Positions 36,162-46,520 of a stretch of 64,000 bases of DNA are shown piece by piece. How positions within the stretch are numbered: position 1 is the first letter of the stretch; each line of letters begins with the position of its first letter. Below the pieces are notes generated by a model. The model was not told the origin of the DNA, did no database searches, and saw only the letters and a list, made by a program, of their open reading frames with translations. The position numbers and the translations under genes were made by a program. Source of the stretch: Elusimicrobiaceae bacterium (GTDB taxonomy: Bacteria; Elusimicrobiota; Elusimicrobia; Elusimicrobiales; Elusimicrobiaceae); the NCBI GenBank assembly GCA_017618215.1, contig JAFZUQ010000001.1:77872-141871 (forward strand), in the 5' to 3' direction.

Positions 36162-38111
36162 ATGCGTAAATTTGTATGTATTTTTATATTTGTTTTAAGT
36201 ATTTTTATGTCCGCTTGGTGTGATAAGGTATTAGCGGATATGGTTAGGCCTACGCCAAGACCTCTTTCCCAAAAAGAATTGCAGGCAAAAGAATTTCTTA
36301 AAGCCTGTAAAGATGGTAATTTGGAAGAAGTTAAAAAATTAATAGCCGCCGGAGCGGATGTAAACGGAATTTATGTAATAAGCGGACGCCATCTCTTGGG
36401 ACCTGATGAAAGTAGAGAAGAATTACGCCAAACACCCTTATGTGCTGCCAGCGAAGCGGGACAGCTTGCTATTGTAAAAGAATTGATTAATTATGAGGCA
36501 GATGTTAATAAAACATCCAATGTAGGAAGAACACCTTTGATGTCTGCAAGTTTCGGCGGATATGATGAGATAGTTAAAGTATTATTAAAAGCCGGCGCAG
36601 ATGTAAATTTAGTACCGCATTTTGGAGGAGTATCTTCATATCCGTTACGGTTAGCAAGCAGACAAGGTCATTTAAGTACATTTAAAATTTTACTGGAAGC
36701 CGGGGCAAAAATAGATGAAGGTGTTATGTCTTCTGCAGTAGAAGGGGGAAATATTGAAATCGTTAAAATATTAATAGATAAAGATGTAGATATTACCTTT
36801 AAGGACGGTAATGGTAGAACTCTTTTAATGCCTTATGTAACATGTACAAATGTTGATATAGTAAAATTGCTTCTTGCTCAAAATAAAATAGATGTACAAG
36901 CAATAGACCATCATAATGGCGGTAGAAATGCTCTAATGATTGCAAGTGAAGAAGGTTGTACTGATGTGATACCTTTATTTCTTGAGGCCGGATTAGAGGT
37001 AGATTCAGTAAACAATAGTGGGGAAACCCCATTAATGGGTGCAAGCAGAGGCAGACACTATGAAATAATACGTACATTACTTGCGGCCGGGGCAAATGTA
37101 AATGCGGAAGACAAAGTCGGAAGGACTGCTTTAGTTGATGCTGCTTTGAGTATTGGTATGGGAAGTACGAGAATCCCCATAGAGAAAAGATTTTCTACAG
37201 CAGATTTGGAAACAATAAAAATTTTGGTAGCCGCGGGTGCTGATGTAAATAAAAAGGGGCCTTTTGGGATGACGTCTTTGATGTTTATGACTGAATATGG
37301 AATTACAAAAGGAGAAGCCTCGCAAAAAAATCTAAAAGAAATTGTTCAATTATTATTAAAAGCAGGTGCTGATGTAAATGCAAAGGATGATAGAGGAAAA
37401 ACAGCAATTGCATTAGCCGAAAAAGCAGGGAATAAAGAGATTATAAAACTACTTCAAAAAGCAGGGGCAAAAAAAGAAACTTTTAAAGATAAAATAAAAA
37501 AGGAACTCAAAGGAAAAGATAAATTAATATGTTTATATAACAAAAAATTTAATTTACCTCAAGAGTATAAAGGGCCTAATTTGAAATTACAAAATAGAAA
37601 AACAGGGGAAATTTTTAAAACAGGGCTAACATATAATCAGATGTACATAGATGAACAATGGAAAAGAGTTGCCGGTGGTAGTGGTATAACCGGATATGGT
37701 TATTCGTCAATAATGTACTATGATGAAGATGGCTGTAATGAATATTGGCCTATAGAAAAGAAGAGAGGTGCCGGTACGGAGATACTTGGATATGTTGATA
37801 TAACAGATGTTCCGGCAAACAGTTATTTAAAATATATACCTGAAACCAAAGAAGTAAAAGTGTTGGTTTCGGAAGATAAATATTATAATAACTATATCAA
37901 AGAAAAGATAAAAGATATAGAAAATAAAGAAAAAGAGTTGCAAAAAAGTATTAAAACAGGAAATGCAAAAATAATGACAGAGAGTTTAGAAAAATTTAAA
38001 GAAACTCTTAACAAAGGCATAGGTTTTTATACAAGTTGGTCTCCGGAGAAACAACAAGAATATAATGAAAATTCTAAAAAAGCAAGAGAGCGGTTTTTAG
38101 AAGATAACTAA
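36162..38111 (+). CDS. secreted ankyrin-repeat protein with C-terminal domain of unknown function and coiled coil
   Basis: Signal MRKFVCIFIFVLSIFMSAWC. About 10-11 ANK repeats (..GRTPLM.A...G..EIVK.LL.AGADVN..). The C-terminal 200 aa are non-ANK. Confidence 0.85.
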   Translation: MRKFVCIFIFVLSIFMSAWCDKVLADMVRPTPRPLSQKELQAKEFLKACKDGNLEEVKKLIAAGADVNGIYVISGRHLLGPDESREELRQTPLCAASEAGQLAIVKELINYEADVNKTSNVGRTPLMSASFGGYDEIVKVLLKAGADVNLVPHFGGVSSYPLRLASRQGHLSTFKILLEAGAKIDEGVMSSAVEGGNIEIVKILIDKDVDITFKDGNGRTLLMPYVTCTNVDIVKLLLAQNKIDVQAIDHHNGGRNALMIASEEGCTDVIPLFLEAGLEVDSVNNSGETPLMGASRGRHYEIIRTLLAAGANVNAEDKVGRTALVDAALSIGMGSTRIPIEKRFSTADLETIKILVAAGADVNKKGPFGMTSLMFMTEYGITKGEASQKNLKEIVQLLLKAGADVNAKDDRGKTAIALAEKAGNKEIIKLLQKAGAKKETFKDKIKKELKGKDKLICLYNKKFNLPQEYKGPNLKLQNRKTGEIFKTGLTYNQMYIDEQWKRVAGGSGITGYGYSSIMYYDEDGCNEYWPIEKKRGAGTEILGYVDITDVPANSYLKYIPETKEVKVLVSEDKYYNNYIKEKIKDIENKEKELQKSIKTGNAKIMTESLEKFKETLNKGIGFYTSWSPEKQQEYNENSKKARERFLEDN

Positions 38112-38123
38112 AACACAAATTTT

Positions 38124-38150
38124 GCCCCTCGTATAGCGAGGGGCTTTTTT
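38124..38150 (+). terminator. intrinsic terminator of the ankyrin gene
   Basis: Stem GCCCCTCG/CGAGGGGC with loop TATAG, then TTTTTT. Confidence 0.85.
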
Positions 38151-38244
38151 AATATTGATTTAGAATATAGGTCTTAAGTCCTACCCCCCTTGAAAAATCG
38201 GCGAACTTCCGTTAAACTATAACTATCTTTTTAAGGAGGTAGTC

Positions 38245-39054
38245 ATGGTAAAAGGAGGAGGTTTGATCGGCATGGTCTTCATGCTGATGATGTTGCTCTC
38301 TCCCCCGGGAGTAGCAGCAGAAAATAAAGGGTTGTTTGACAGTAAGAAGTTCACTAAACAAATCAGACTGGAATTAAGAGTAGCACAAGTAACAAATCAT
38401 CCGGTACTTACGCGCGGACCTTTGGATTACTTGCAAGAAGGTGGGCGTGAAACCCCAAAAGACAATAATGAAACAAATTATTACTTGTGTAAAGATAAAC
38501 CCGCATTGACCGACGATAAAACTTTGGCCGATATTGCCAAAGAGTTCGTTGTTGCGTCGGATGAACAAATTAAAGAGTTAAAATCAAAATACTACTGTTA
38601 TAGATTTGATATATTAAGTTACTTAATTGCCAAACATGAAAATGAAGCTTTAAAAAAGACTTTAGATAGTGGTTTCGATGAATATTTTGTATTACTAAAA
38701 AACCCTAATCCGTATAGTACATTATATCTTTTTAATCAAGCAGTATTTGCAGAAAATAAGGAAGCTTTGCATTTAATCGCACAAAATGGCAGTCAATATC
38801 TATATTTAGCTTTACTGAATTTTATTCCGCAAAATGATGATAAAATAATTGATTGGACTACTGAAATTAAAAAACGCGAACATAAATACAGAAACCGCAA
38901 AGTGGGTGCCAATGATTTAGTCCAAGCAGTTTTGCATAACAGCCAATACGACTTAGCTACCGTCAAAGAATTTATACCTAAGAACTTAAGACAGGCGGAA
39001 TATTTAAAAGCCTTGAATTCTTTAATTGATATAAGGTTACAATCAAAAAATTAA
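38245..39054 (+). CDS. secreted hypothetical protein (orphan unit)
   Basis: AAGGAGG SD 5 nt upstream. Hydrophobic N-terminus ..GMVFMLMMLLSPPGVAA. No motif I recognise. Confidence 0.7.
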   Translation: MVKGGGLIGMVFMLMMLLSPPGVAAENKGLFDSKKFTKQIRLELRVAQVTNHPVLTRGPLDYLQEGGRETPKDNNETNYYLCKDKPALTDDKTLADIAKEFVVASDEQIKELKSKYYCYRFDILSYLIAKHENEALKKTLDSGFDEYFVLLKNPNPYSTLYLFNQAVFAENKEALHLIAQNGSQYLYLALLNFIPQNDDKIIDWTTEIKKREHKYRNRKVGANDLVQAVLHNSQYDLATVKEFIPKNLRQAEYLKALNSLIDIRLQSKN

Positions 39055-39071
39055 ACATTAAACAACGTGAT

Positions 39072-39100
39072 AAAAAAGCCCCTGCATAAACAGGGGCTTT
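39072..39100. terminator. bidirectional terminator between the 38245 gene and adhE
   Basis: A-run, stem GCCCCTG/CAGGGGC, then a T-rich tail. The flanking genes converge on it. Confidence 0.75.
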
Positions 39101-39123
39101 AAACTTTTTATATTGTATAGCAA

Positions 39124-41811
39124 TTAAATCTTACCTTCGTAGGCATCAAGGTAAATTTGTTTGATGTCTTTTAGTAATGGATAAACAGGATTTGCCGCTG
39201 TACATTGGTCGTCAAAGGCAAGTTCAACAAGTTCATCAAGTTTGGCCATAAAATCTTTGCGGCTGATGCCGTATTCCTTAATTGAAGCCGGTAAACCGAT
39301 ATCTTTTTTAAGTTTAACAATTGCTTTAAGGAGTAGTTTAACTTTCTCATCATCATTTTTGCCGCCAAGTTTTAGTTCGTCGGCAATTTGCCCGTAGCGT
39401 TCTTTAGCGCAAGGGTATTTATATTGGGGGAAAGTTGCCTGTTTTTGAGGGCAATCCGTTGCATTATATTTTATGACCTGGCAAATTAAAAGTGCATTTG
39501 CAACACCGTGCGGAATATTAAACATTGCCCCAAGCTTATGTGCCATGGAGTGGCATATACCGAGGAAAGCATTTGCAAAAGCCATACCGGCAATAGTTGC
39601 GGCATAGTGCATCTTTTCACGTGCAAGCGGATCTTTGGCACCGTCTTTATATGAGCGCACTAAATATTTGAAAACTAGTTTTGTTGCCTCTAAAGAATTT
39701 GAGTTTGTAAAGTTTGTTGCCATGCTTGAAACATAAGCTTCCAAACAGTGTACCAAAACATCAATACCTGACGCGGCAGTTAAACCTTTTGGCATATTGT
39801 CAACAAAGTTAGGGTCAACAATTGCCATGTCGGGTGTTAAAGCGTAATCGGCCAACGCATATTTGATATGGGTTTCGTCATCGGTAATAATTGAAAAGGG
39901 TGTTACTTCAGAACCTGTGCCGGAAGTTGTCGGAATTGCAACCAAATTCGCTTTTACACCAAGGTCTGGTATTTGGCAAATACGTTTTCTAATGTCCATA
40001 AAGCGCATGGAAATATCTTCAAAATTAGTTTCCGGCTGCTCATATTTAAGCCAAATAACTTTTGCAACGTCCATCGGCGAACCGCCACCGAGCGCAATAA
40101 TCAAATCAGGTTCATAGGGATTAACAATATCCATTGCTTGTTTAACAGTTGAGAGTGTCGGGTCCGGTTTAACGTCAAAGAAAATTTGATAATCAATATC
40201 AAGTTCCTCTAAAACATCGGTTACAGTGGAAACCGCACCGGAATTAAATAAAAACCTGTCTGTAACGATAAATGCGCGTTTTTTGCCTTTTAAAACACGA
40301 AGGGCCAAATCAACTGCGCCCCTTTTGAAATAAATTTTTCTGGGAACTTTAAACCAAAGCATATTCTCTCTCCTTTCTGCAACTGTTTTATAATTAAGAA
40401 GGTGTTCAACACCAATGTTTCCGCTGACGGAGTTTCCGCCCCAAGAACCGCAACCTAAAGTCATGGAAGGTTCCAATTTAAAATTGTATAAATCACCTAT
40501 ACCACCGTGGGAAGATGGGGAATTAATAATCAAACGGCAAGTAGGTATTTGGCCTGAAAAATAATTTATTCTTGCTTGATTTAACGGGTTAGTATAAAAT
40601 GCAGCGCTATGACCCGCCCCGCCGAGCAGAACAAGATGATGCGCAATATCAACTGCATTCTCAAAATCTTTAGCGCGGTATAAAGCAATTACGGGGGAAA
40701 GTTTTTCATGCGCAAATGGATTTAAAACGTCATAAGATTTTTCTTCGCCTACTAAAACTTTTGCTTTTTCCGGAACTTTAATGCCGGCAAGTTTTGCAAT
40801 AGTATGCGCTGTTTGACCTACGATTTTTGGGTTCACGCTCGTGCAACCGCATTTTAAAGCGGCCTTTAAAGAACTTGCGCTGCAAGCGGCACCTTTTGTG
40901 CGCGGGTCAATTAAAAGGATTGAAGAAACTTTCTTTTCTTCCGCGCTACTCAGAATATATGCACCGCGTTTAACGAGTTCTTTTTTAACTTCATTGTAAA
41001 TTTTATCTACGACAATTATTGATTGCTCTGAGGCGCAAATCATACCGTTATCAAAAGTTTTTGAAAGTAAAATTGAGCTTACCGCAGTTTGAATATCTGC
41101 AGTTTCATCAATTACTGCCGGAACATTACCCGGCCCTACACCGAGCGCCGGCCTGCCGGAAGAATATGATGCTTTAACCATAGCAGTTCCGCCTGTTGCT
41201 AAAATAGTGGCGATATTTTCATTATGTATCAAATAAGTTGTAAGTTCAAGTGAAGGTTCATCAATCCATCCGATAATATTTTTCGGCGCACCGGCTTTTA
41301 CTGCTGCATCTAAAACGATTTTTGCTGCCGCAATAGTGCTTTTTTTAGCACGAGGATGGGGGGAGAAAATTATACCGTTCCTTGTCTTTAAACAAATCAG
41401 AGATTTAAAAATTGCGGTGGATGTTGGGTTCGTTGTAGGAATAATTCCGGCGATAACACCTAGAGGTTCGGCAACAATTTTTGTACCGTTGATTTTATCT
41501 TCTTTAATAATACCGCAGGTTTTAACGTTTTTGTGTTTGTTAAAAATATATTCGCTGGCATAGTGGTTTTTAATAACTTTATCTTCCACAACGCCCATAC
41601 CGGTATCTTCCACCGCCATTTTGGCAAGCGGAATTCGTGCCTTATTTGCGGCGGCTGCGGCTGCTTTAAAAATTGAATCAACTTTTTCTTGACTGAAAGT
41701 TGCAAAAATCTCTTGTGCTTTTTTGACTTTTTGAATTAAAGCTTCTAAGGTTTTAACTGAATTTACTTTTTCTTCTGTTTTAATGACGGTTTTAATTTCT
41801 TTTTTTGGCAT
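39124..41811 (-). CDS. adhE: bifunctional acetaldehyde-CoA/alcohol dehydrogenase
   Basis: 895 aa with an N-terminal ALDH domain and a C-terminal Fe-ADH domain (GGGSPMD, His cluster ..CHSMAHKLG..). Confidence 0.95.
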   Translation of the reverse strand: MPKKEIKTVIKTEEKVNSVKTLEALIQKVKKAQEIFATFSQEKVDSIFKAAAAAANKARIPLAKMAVEDTGMGVVEDKVIKNHYASEYIFNKHKNVKTCGIIKEDKINGTKIVAEPLGVIAGIIPTTNPTSTAIFKSLICLKTRNGIIFSPHPRAKKSTIAAAKIVLDAAVKAGAPKNIIGWIDEPSLELTTYLIHNENIATILATGGTAMVKASYSSGRPALGVGPGNVPAVIDETADIQTAVSSILLSKTFDNGMICASEQSIIVVDKIYNEVKKELVKRGAYILSSAEEKKVSSILLIDPRTKGAACSASSLKAALKCGCTSVNPKIVGQTAHTIAKLAGIKVPEKAKVLVGEEKSYDVLNPFAHEKLSPVIALYRAKDFENAVDIAHHLVLLGGAGHSAAFYTNPLNQARINYFSGQIPTCRLIINSPSSHGGIGDLYNFKLEPSMTLGCGSWGGNSVSGNIGVEHLLNYKTVAERRENMLWFKVPRKIYFKRGAVDLALRVLKGKKRAFIVTDRFLFNSGAVSTVTDVLEELDIDYQIFFDVKPDPTLSTVKQAMDIVNPYEPDLIIALGGGSPMDVAKVIWLKYEQPETNFEDISMRFMDIRKRICQIPDLGVKANLVAIPTTSGTGSEVTPFSIITDDETHIKYALADYALTPDMAIVDPNFVDNMPKGLTAASGIDVLVHCLEAYVSSMATNFTNSNSLEATKLVFKYLVRSYKDGAKDPLAREKMHYAATIAGMAFANAFLGICHSMAHKLGAMFNIPHGVANALLICQVIKYNATDCPQKQATFPQYKYPCAKERYGQIADELKLGGKNDDEKVKLLLKAIVKLKKDIGLPASIKEYGISRKDFMAKLDELVELAFDDQCTAANPVYPLLKDIKQIYLDAYEGKI

Positions 41812-42005
41812 AATAACTCCCTAAATACATTTTACCAAAAATAGAGATAGATTTTTTATTTTAAGATTATTACCATTTATTATGTTATATGGGCCTTTTG
41901 GTACTTTTTAATAGGTCCAAATACTTTTTTTCTAGGCCTTTTAGCCCTTGGTTTTTAGAGCTTTAGTAGTTATACTGTCAGTAAGATTAAAATCAAGGAG
42001 ATATT

Positions 42006-42821
42006 ATGAAAAGAATTCTAATGTACGCATTTACCTTAATATTGGCGATATGTTTACCGATATTGAGCATGGCAGAAACTGTCGTCAAAATTGATGGGGA
42101 AGATATAATTACCGCAAATGAATTTGAAAATATTATTACAGAAAGTGATATAGAAGAAGCCATTACATTTTCTCTTTTCTTTGGAAAACCAAAGCACTAT
42201 AAGAAAGTTTGGGAATTTGTTAATAATGATGATAGAGATGGATTGCGTACTTATCATGATAGGGAATCTCTTTTCGGAGATATTGGAGACGATGACTTCG
42301 TGGTTGTGTGGAAATTTGGTCCAAGAATATATGCTGAGCATATTTTTTGTTATGCAGCCAGAGAAAATAAAATGAAGGCAGGTGAAATGCTTATTGGGCT
42401 GCATCAAATGAAGGAAAATTGTGCAGTGGGTAGTGGTTATCGTAAAAACGTTAAATATAATCCTAAAAAATATGATTTTTGGAGCGTTACACATGTACAA
42501 GAATTAAATCCACAATTGGCTTGCAAGGCGTTGAGACAATGGAAATATGGTTTTAATTGGGATCCACAAAAGGATTACGCCTTAGCAGCAAAAGGGGGAT
42601 GTGAAGACGTTTACATAGCATATAGACACAAGAAGCTTAAATTTCCCAGAGATTATAGTATCTTAACAACTGGCAAAGGTTGGTTACAATTGGCAAGAGT
42701 GCAATCGAAGTTAGTATCGGATGAGCGATTTCAAAAACACTTACACGACTATTATTACAATGTTTCCGCTGATGATGAGGCAACACAAAAGGAATTAAAA
42801 AAATTACTTATTGAAAAATAG
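42006..42821 (+). CDS. secreted hypothetical protein (orphan unit)
   Basis: Signal MKRILMYAFTLILAICLPILSMA. AAGGAG SD. No motif I recognise. Confidence 0.7.
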   Translation: MKRILMYAFTLILAICLPILSMAETVVKIDGEDIITANEFENIITESDIEEAITFSLFFGKPKHYKKVWEFVNNDDRDGLRTYHDRESLFGDIGDDDFVVVWKFGPRIYAEHIFCYAARENKMKAGEMLIGLHQMKENCAVGSGYRKNVKYNPKKYDFWSVTHVQELNPQLACKALRQWKYGFNWDPQKDYALAAKGGCEDVYIAYRHKKLKFPRDYSILTTGKGWLQLARVQSKLVSDERFQKHLHDYYYNVSADDEATQKELKKLLIEK

Positions 42822-42846
42822 ATATAATTTAAGAGAATTGATAAAA

Positions 42847-42878
42847 ACTCCCCTACTTTCATAGGGGAGTTTTATTTT
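42847..42878. terminator. intrinsic terminator (probably serves both convergent genes)
   Basis: Stem ACTCCCCT/AGGGGAGT with A-run and T-run flanks. Confidence 0.75.
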
Positions 42879-42925
42879 AGAAATTAAAAATTATTTTAAT
42901 ATGCAAGTATATTGTGTGTAATATG

Positions 42926-45295
42926 TTAAAACAATAACCCAATTCTGTAAACTAGGAAAGCAACCAGCCACGCAACACCGCATTGAAATAGGACAACTCC
43001 CAAAGCGTATCGGCTACCGAGTTCACGTTTAACAGTAGCAATAGCCGCAACGCAAGGCGTGTAAAGCAAACAGAAAACCAAAAATACAAAAGCGGTTAAT
43101 TGTGTAAATAAAGTAGGTAAGGTCTCAACGTTTCCACCAAGCAAAACTGTTAAAGTGCTGACGACACTTTCTTTAGCCATAAAACCGGTTAGGAAGGATG
43201 TGGAAATACGCCAGTCATGCATACCGAGCGGTGTAAATATCGGCGTAATCAAATTGCCTAAAAAGGCAAGTATGCTGTTTGAAGAATCTTGTACCAAATT
43301 CAAGCGCGTGTCAAAACTTTGTAAAAACCAAATAATTAAAGATGCAACAAAAATTATCGTAAATGCTTTTGTTATAAAACCTTTCGCTTTTAAATAAATC
43401 AAACGCAAGACGTTTATTGCACTCGGTACGCGGTAATTCGGTAGTTCCATAACAAAAGGTGTAGCCTCGCCTTTATACACAAATACTTTAAGCAAGAGTG
43501 CAAGAATTATGCCCACGATTATGCCAAGTATATACAAACTCAAAATTACAAGTACGCGGTTTTGTATAAAAAATGCGGCGGTAAAAAACGCGTATATCGG
43601 AAGTTTCGCGGAGCAACTCATAAACGGAGTGAGCAAGATTGTAATTTTCCTGTCCCTTTCAGACGGTAAAGTGCGGGCTGCCATAATTGCTGGAACGGAA
43701 CAACCAAAACCAATAAGCATAGGCACAAAACTGCGGCCGGAAAGCCCAAGTTTACGAAGAGCTTTATCCATAATAAAAGCAACGCGTGCCATATAACCCG
43801 TATCTTCCAAAATTGATAGGAAGAAAAACAAAACAACAATAATAGGGAGAAAACTTAAAACACTCCCTACACCTGCAAAAACACCGTCAATAATTAAAGA
43901 GTGTACAACCGGGTTTAAACCGTAAGCGGTTAAACCTTTATCAACAAGCGCGGTAAGCCAGCCAATGCCGCTTTCAAGCCAATCAGATAAAACACCGCCG
44001 ATAGGCCCGAAAGTTAAATAAAAAATTATGCCCATAATCGCAAGGAATGCTAAAAGTGCTGTATATTTACCTGTCAAAAATTTATCAATTTTTGTTGAAA
44101 GTTTATAGCCAACTGTTTCCGACGGGCGGATGACAAATTGTTTGCATAAATTTTCAATAAAGGCAAAGCGCATGTCGGCAAGCGCAGCACTGCTTTCAAG
44201 GCCTGTTTCTTCTTCCATTTGCTCAATAATATGCGTGCAAGTTTCCTGTTCATTTTTATCTAGGTTTAAAGCATTTAAAATCAGTTGATCGTTTTCCGCA
44301 ACTTTTGAAGCGGCAAAGCGGGGGGGGAGATCTGCTGCCTTTGCATGGTCCTCAATTAAATGGACAATGGAGTGCAAACACCTATGCACCGCGCCTTCTT
44401 TGGTATTGGTGTTGGCGCAAAAATCTAAACGTGTTGGGCGTTCTTGATAGCGCGCAACATTTATAATATGTTCCACAAGTTCTTCAATGCCCTGATTTTT
44501 CGCGGCAGATATTGCAACCACCGGCACGCCAAGAGTGTGTTCAAGCCCATTTACGTCGATACTTCCGCCGTTTTTGGTAACTTCGTCAATCATATTTAAG
44601 GCGATTACCATGGGAATATTAAGTTCAATTAATTGAGTAGTCAAAAACAAATTGCGTTCAATATTTGCGGCGTCAACAATATTTATAATGGCATCGGGTT
44701 TTTGCTCCAAAATAAAATTGCGGGAGATTATTTCCTCCTGCCCATAAGGAGAGAGGGAGTATATGCCCGGCAAATCTGTGATGGTAATATCGGGATGTTG
44801 TTTTATTTTACCATCTGTCCTTGTAACCGTTACACCGGGGAAATTACCAACCCTTTGATGTGCGCCCGTCAGGCGGTTAAACAAAGTTGTTTTGCCGGAA
44901 TTTTGATTGCCTATTAAGGCCAAATGCAAATGTTTTTTAGGGTTGATTTGCTTTTTTGTTTGATAATAACTGCCCTCACCTTTTTGGGAGTGGGAAACAT
45001 TTGAATTAAAATTTCTTAAATTTTCTTGTTTTTTAGCAGGTGCGGCTTTTTTGATATTGGTAATTAAAATTTTTTCCGCCTCGCTTTTACGGAGTGTTAA
45101 AACGTACCCGCGCACTTTAAATTCCAAAGGGTCGCCCATCGGTGCAGTTTTAATTAATGTAACTTTAACATGAGGCGTTAAACCCATATCTAGAATATGT
45201 GTTCGCAGATGGTGGTCTTTACAATTTATTGAGACTATTTCCGCCTCATGCCTTTTCGGTAAATCCGCAAGGGTTAAAAAATTTTCTTTATTCAT
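42926..45295 (-). CDS. feoB: ferrous iron transporter, FeoA-FeoB fusion
   Basis: N-terminal FeoA-like SH3 domain (..MGLTPHVKVTLIKTAPMGDPLEF..). G-domain GNQNSGKTTLFN, DLPGIYS, NMID. C-terminal polytopic permease. Confidence 0.9.
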   Translation of the reverse strand: MNKENFLTLADLPKRHEAEIVSINCKDHHLRTHILDMGLTPHVKVTLIKTAPMGDPLEFKVRGYVLTLRKSEAEKILITNIKKAAPAKKQENLRNFNSNVSHSQKGEGSYYQTKKQINPKKHLHLALIGNQNSGKTTLFNRLTGAHQRVGNFPGVTVTRTDGKIKQHPDITITDLPGIYSLSPYGQEEIISRNFILEQKPDAIINIVDAANIERNLFLTTQLIELNIPMVIALNMIDEVTKNGGSIDVNGLEHTLGVPVVAISAAKNQGIEELVEHIINVARYQERPTRLDFCANTNTKEGAVHRCLHSIVHLIEDHAKAADLPPRFAASKVAENDQLILNALNLDKNEQETCTHIIEQMEEETGLESSAALADMRFAFIENLCKQFVIRPSETVGYKLSTKIDKFLTGKYTALLAFLAIMGIIFYLTFGPIGGVLSDWLESGIGWLTALVDKGLTAYGLNPVVHSLIIDGVFAGVGSVLSFLPIIVVLFFFLSILEDTGYMARVAFIMDKALRKLGLSGRSFVPMLIGFGCSVPAIMAARTLPSERDRKITILLTPFMSCSAKLPIYAFFTAAFFIQNRVLVILSLYILGIIVGIILALLLKVFVYKGEATPFVMELPNYRVPSAINVLRLIYLKAKGFITKAFTIIFVASLIIWFLQSFDTRLNLVQDSSNSILAFLGNLITPIFTPLGMHDWRISTSFLTGFMAKESVVSTLTVLLGGNVETLPTLFTQLTAFVFLVFCLLYTPCVAAIATVKRELGSRYALGVVLFQCGVAWLVAFLVYRIGLLF

Positions 45296-45321
45296 ATTAT
45301 TTGTTAGTTCTACCTAACAAT

Positions 45322-45330
45322 ATTATAGCA
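45322..45330 (-). promoter_or_regulatory. extended -10 promoter (TGCTATAAT) for feoAB
   Basis: Reverse complement of ATTATAGCA, 27 nt upstream of the ATG. Confidence 0.45.
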
Positions 45331-45349
45331 TATATTGGGCTTTTGTTTT

Positions 45350-45358
45350 TGATATAAT
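45350..45358 (+). promoter_or_regulatory. extended -10 promoter (TGATATAAT) for the 45393-49558 operon
   Basis: 35 nt upstream of the ATG at 45393. Divergent from the feoAB promoter. Confidence 0.45.
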
Positions 45359-45392
45359 TAAAATATACGTACTTTTTAATGAGGGAAATTTA

Positions 45393-46514
45393 ATGCAAGG
45401 TGTAAGCAAACCTGAAAAACCTGTTGGTTTCGGTTTTCACAATATTCCGGGCAAGAACTTCCGGGAAAAAATACAATTTACAAAATATTTTGTATATTTT
45501 TTATGTACTTTTTTCATTATTGTGGGTATATTTTTAATGTTTGCCGTACCGGTTAGTTGGGCAGTATTTGCCGCTTTACTTTTATGTTTTGTCGTTGGGC
45601 CTTTAATGGTTTGCTTTGTAACTTATTATTCTAACAATTATATTTTTGAAGAAGTTGCCCCCGGGCAATATCAAGCCGTATTAAAAGCAGAAGGTTTTGC
45701 CAAATTAAACGATTACCAAAAGAAGGCGCTTATTAATCAAGTATTTGAAGAAGAAAAAGAAAAACAAAACCAAACAGAGCAAGAACAATCTGCCAAAAAA
45801 TCTAAGGCACATGTATATGCTGCAATAATATCTTTAGTGGTAATAGCTTGTTTGATGTATTGGGCGCCGATAACAAGGAAATTGGTTTGCACACATGTTA
45901 GGGGGATTGTATATAACTGTGATTTACAACAACGAGCAGTGTTGCGCAATTTAGATACAGTTAAATTGGGCGCTATAACAGGGGCGGTTGTAGCAAGAAA
46001 ATATGATAAAGACGAACACAAAACATCTTATCAAATACAATTTCGTAGCCCTAATAATACAAATATTTCTTATACACAAATGTGGTTGTTAGATTTACCT
46101 TTTATGTTGGACAGAAAAGTTGATGCTTTAAATAAAAAGTTTAGTAAAGAGGAAGATTTTAGTTATTATTTGGTTAATTATGTGGTTGTTTTAGGGATTA
46201 TAGTTCTCCTTTTCTATCCGCTTATAGTTGCTATAATGGTGCGGAAAGGGGAAAAGGAAAATTCTGACAATAATTATTTTTCGCCGGAACGGTATAAGGC
46301 TATATTGAAAGCGGAAGGTTTAGAAGATATAGAAGATAGATATGCAAAACCATGGGTAGTAACCGACGAAAAAATTATCAATTATTTAAAAGATGATGAG
46401 ACTACCGCTATGCAAAAAGAGTTTTATGACAATTCTTGGTCGGCAAAAGATCAATCTGAAAGGGATCAAGATGTTGAAGATTTAACAAAACAGTTTTACG
46501 ACGACGGAAAATAA
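45393..46514 (+). CDS. membrane protein, paralog family member 1 (extended)
   Basis: 373 aa: two N-terminal TM helices, NNYIFEEVAPGQY tail motif, TM, CTHVRGIVYNC ectodomain, TM, second tail NNYFSPERYKAILKAEG. Confidence 0.75.
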   Translation: MQGVSKPEKPVGFGFHNIPGKNFREKIQFTKYFVYFLCTFFIIVGIFLMFAVPVSWAVFAALLLCFVVGPLMVCFVTYYSNNYIFEEVAPGQYQAVLKAEGFAKLNDYQKKALINQVFEEEKEKQNQTEQEQSAKKSKAHVYAAIISLVVIACLMYWAPITRKLVCTHVRGIVYNCDLQQRAVLRNLDTVKLGAITGAVVARKYDKDEHKTSYQIQFRSPNNTNISYTQMWLLDLPFMLDRKVDALNKKFSKEEDFSYYLVNYVVVLGIIVLLFYPLIVAIMVRKGEKENSDNNYFSPERYKAILKAEGLEDIEDRYAKPWVVTDEKIINYLKDDETTAMQKEFYDNSWSAKDQSERDQDVEDLTKQFYDDGK

Positions 46515-46520
46515 TTATTT

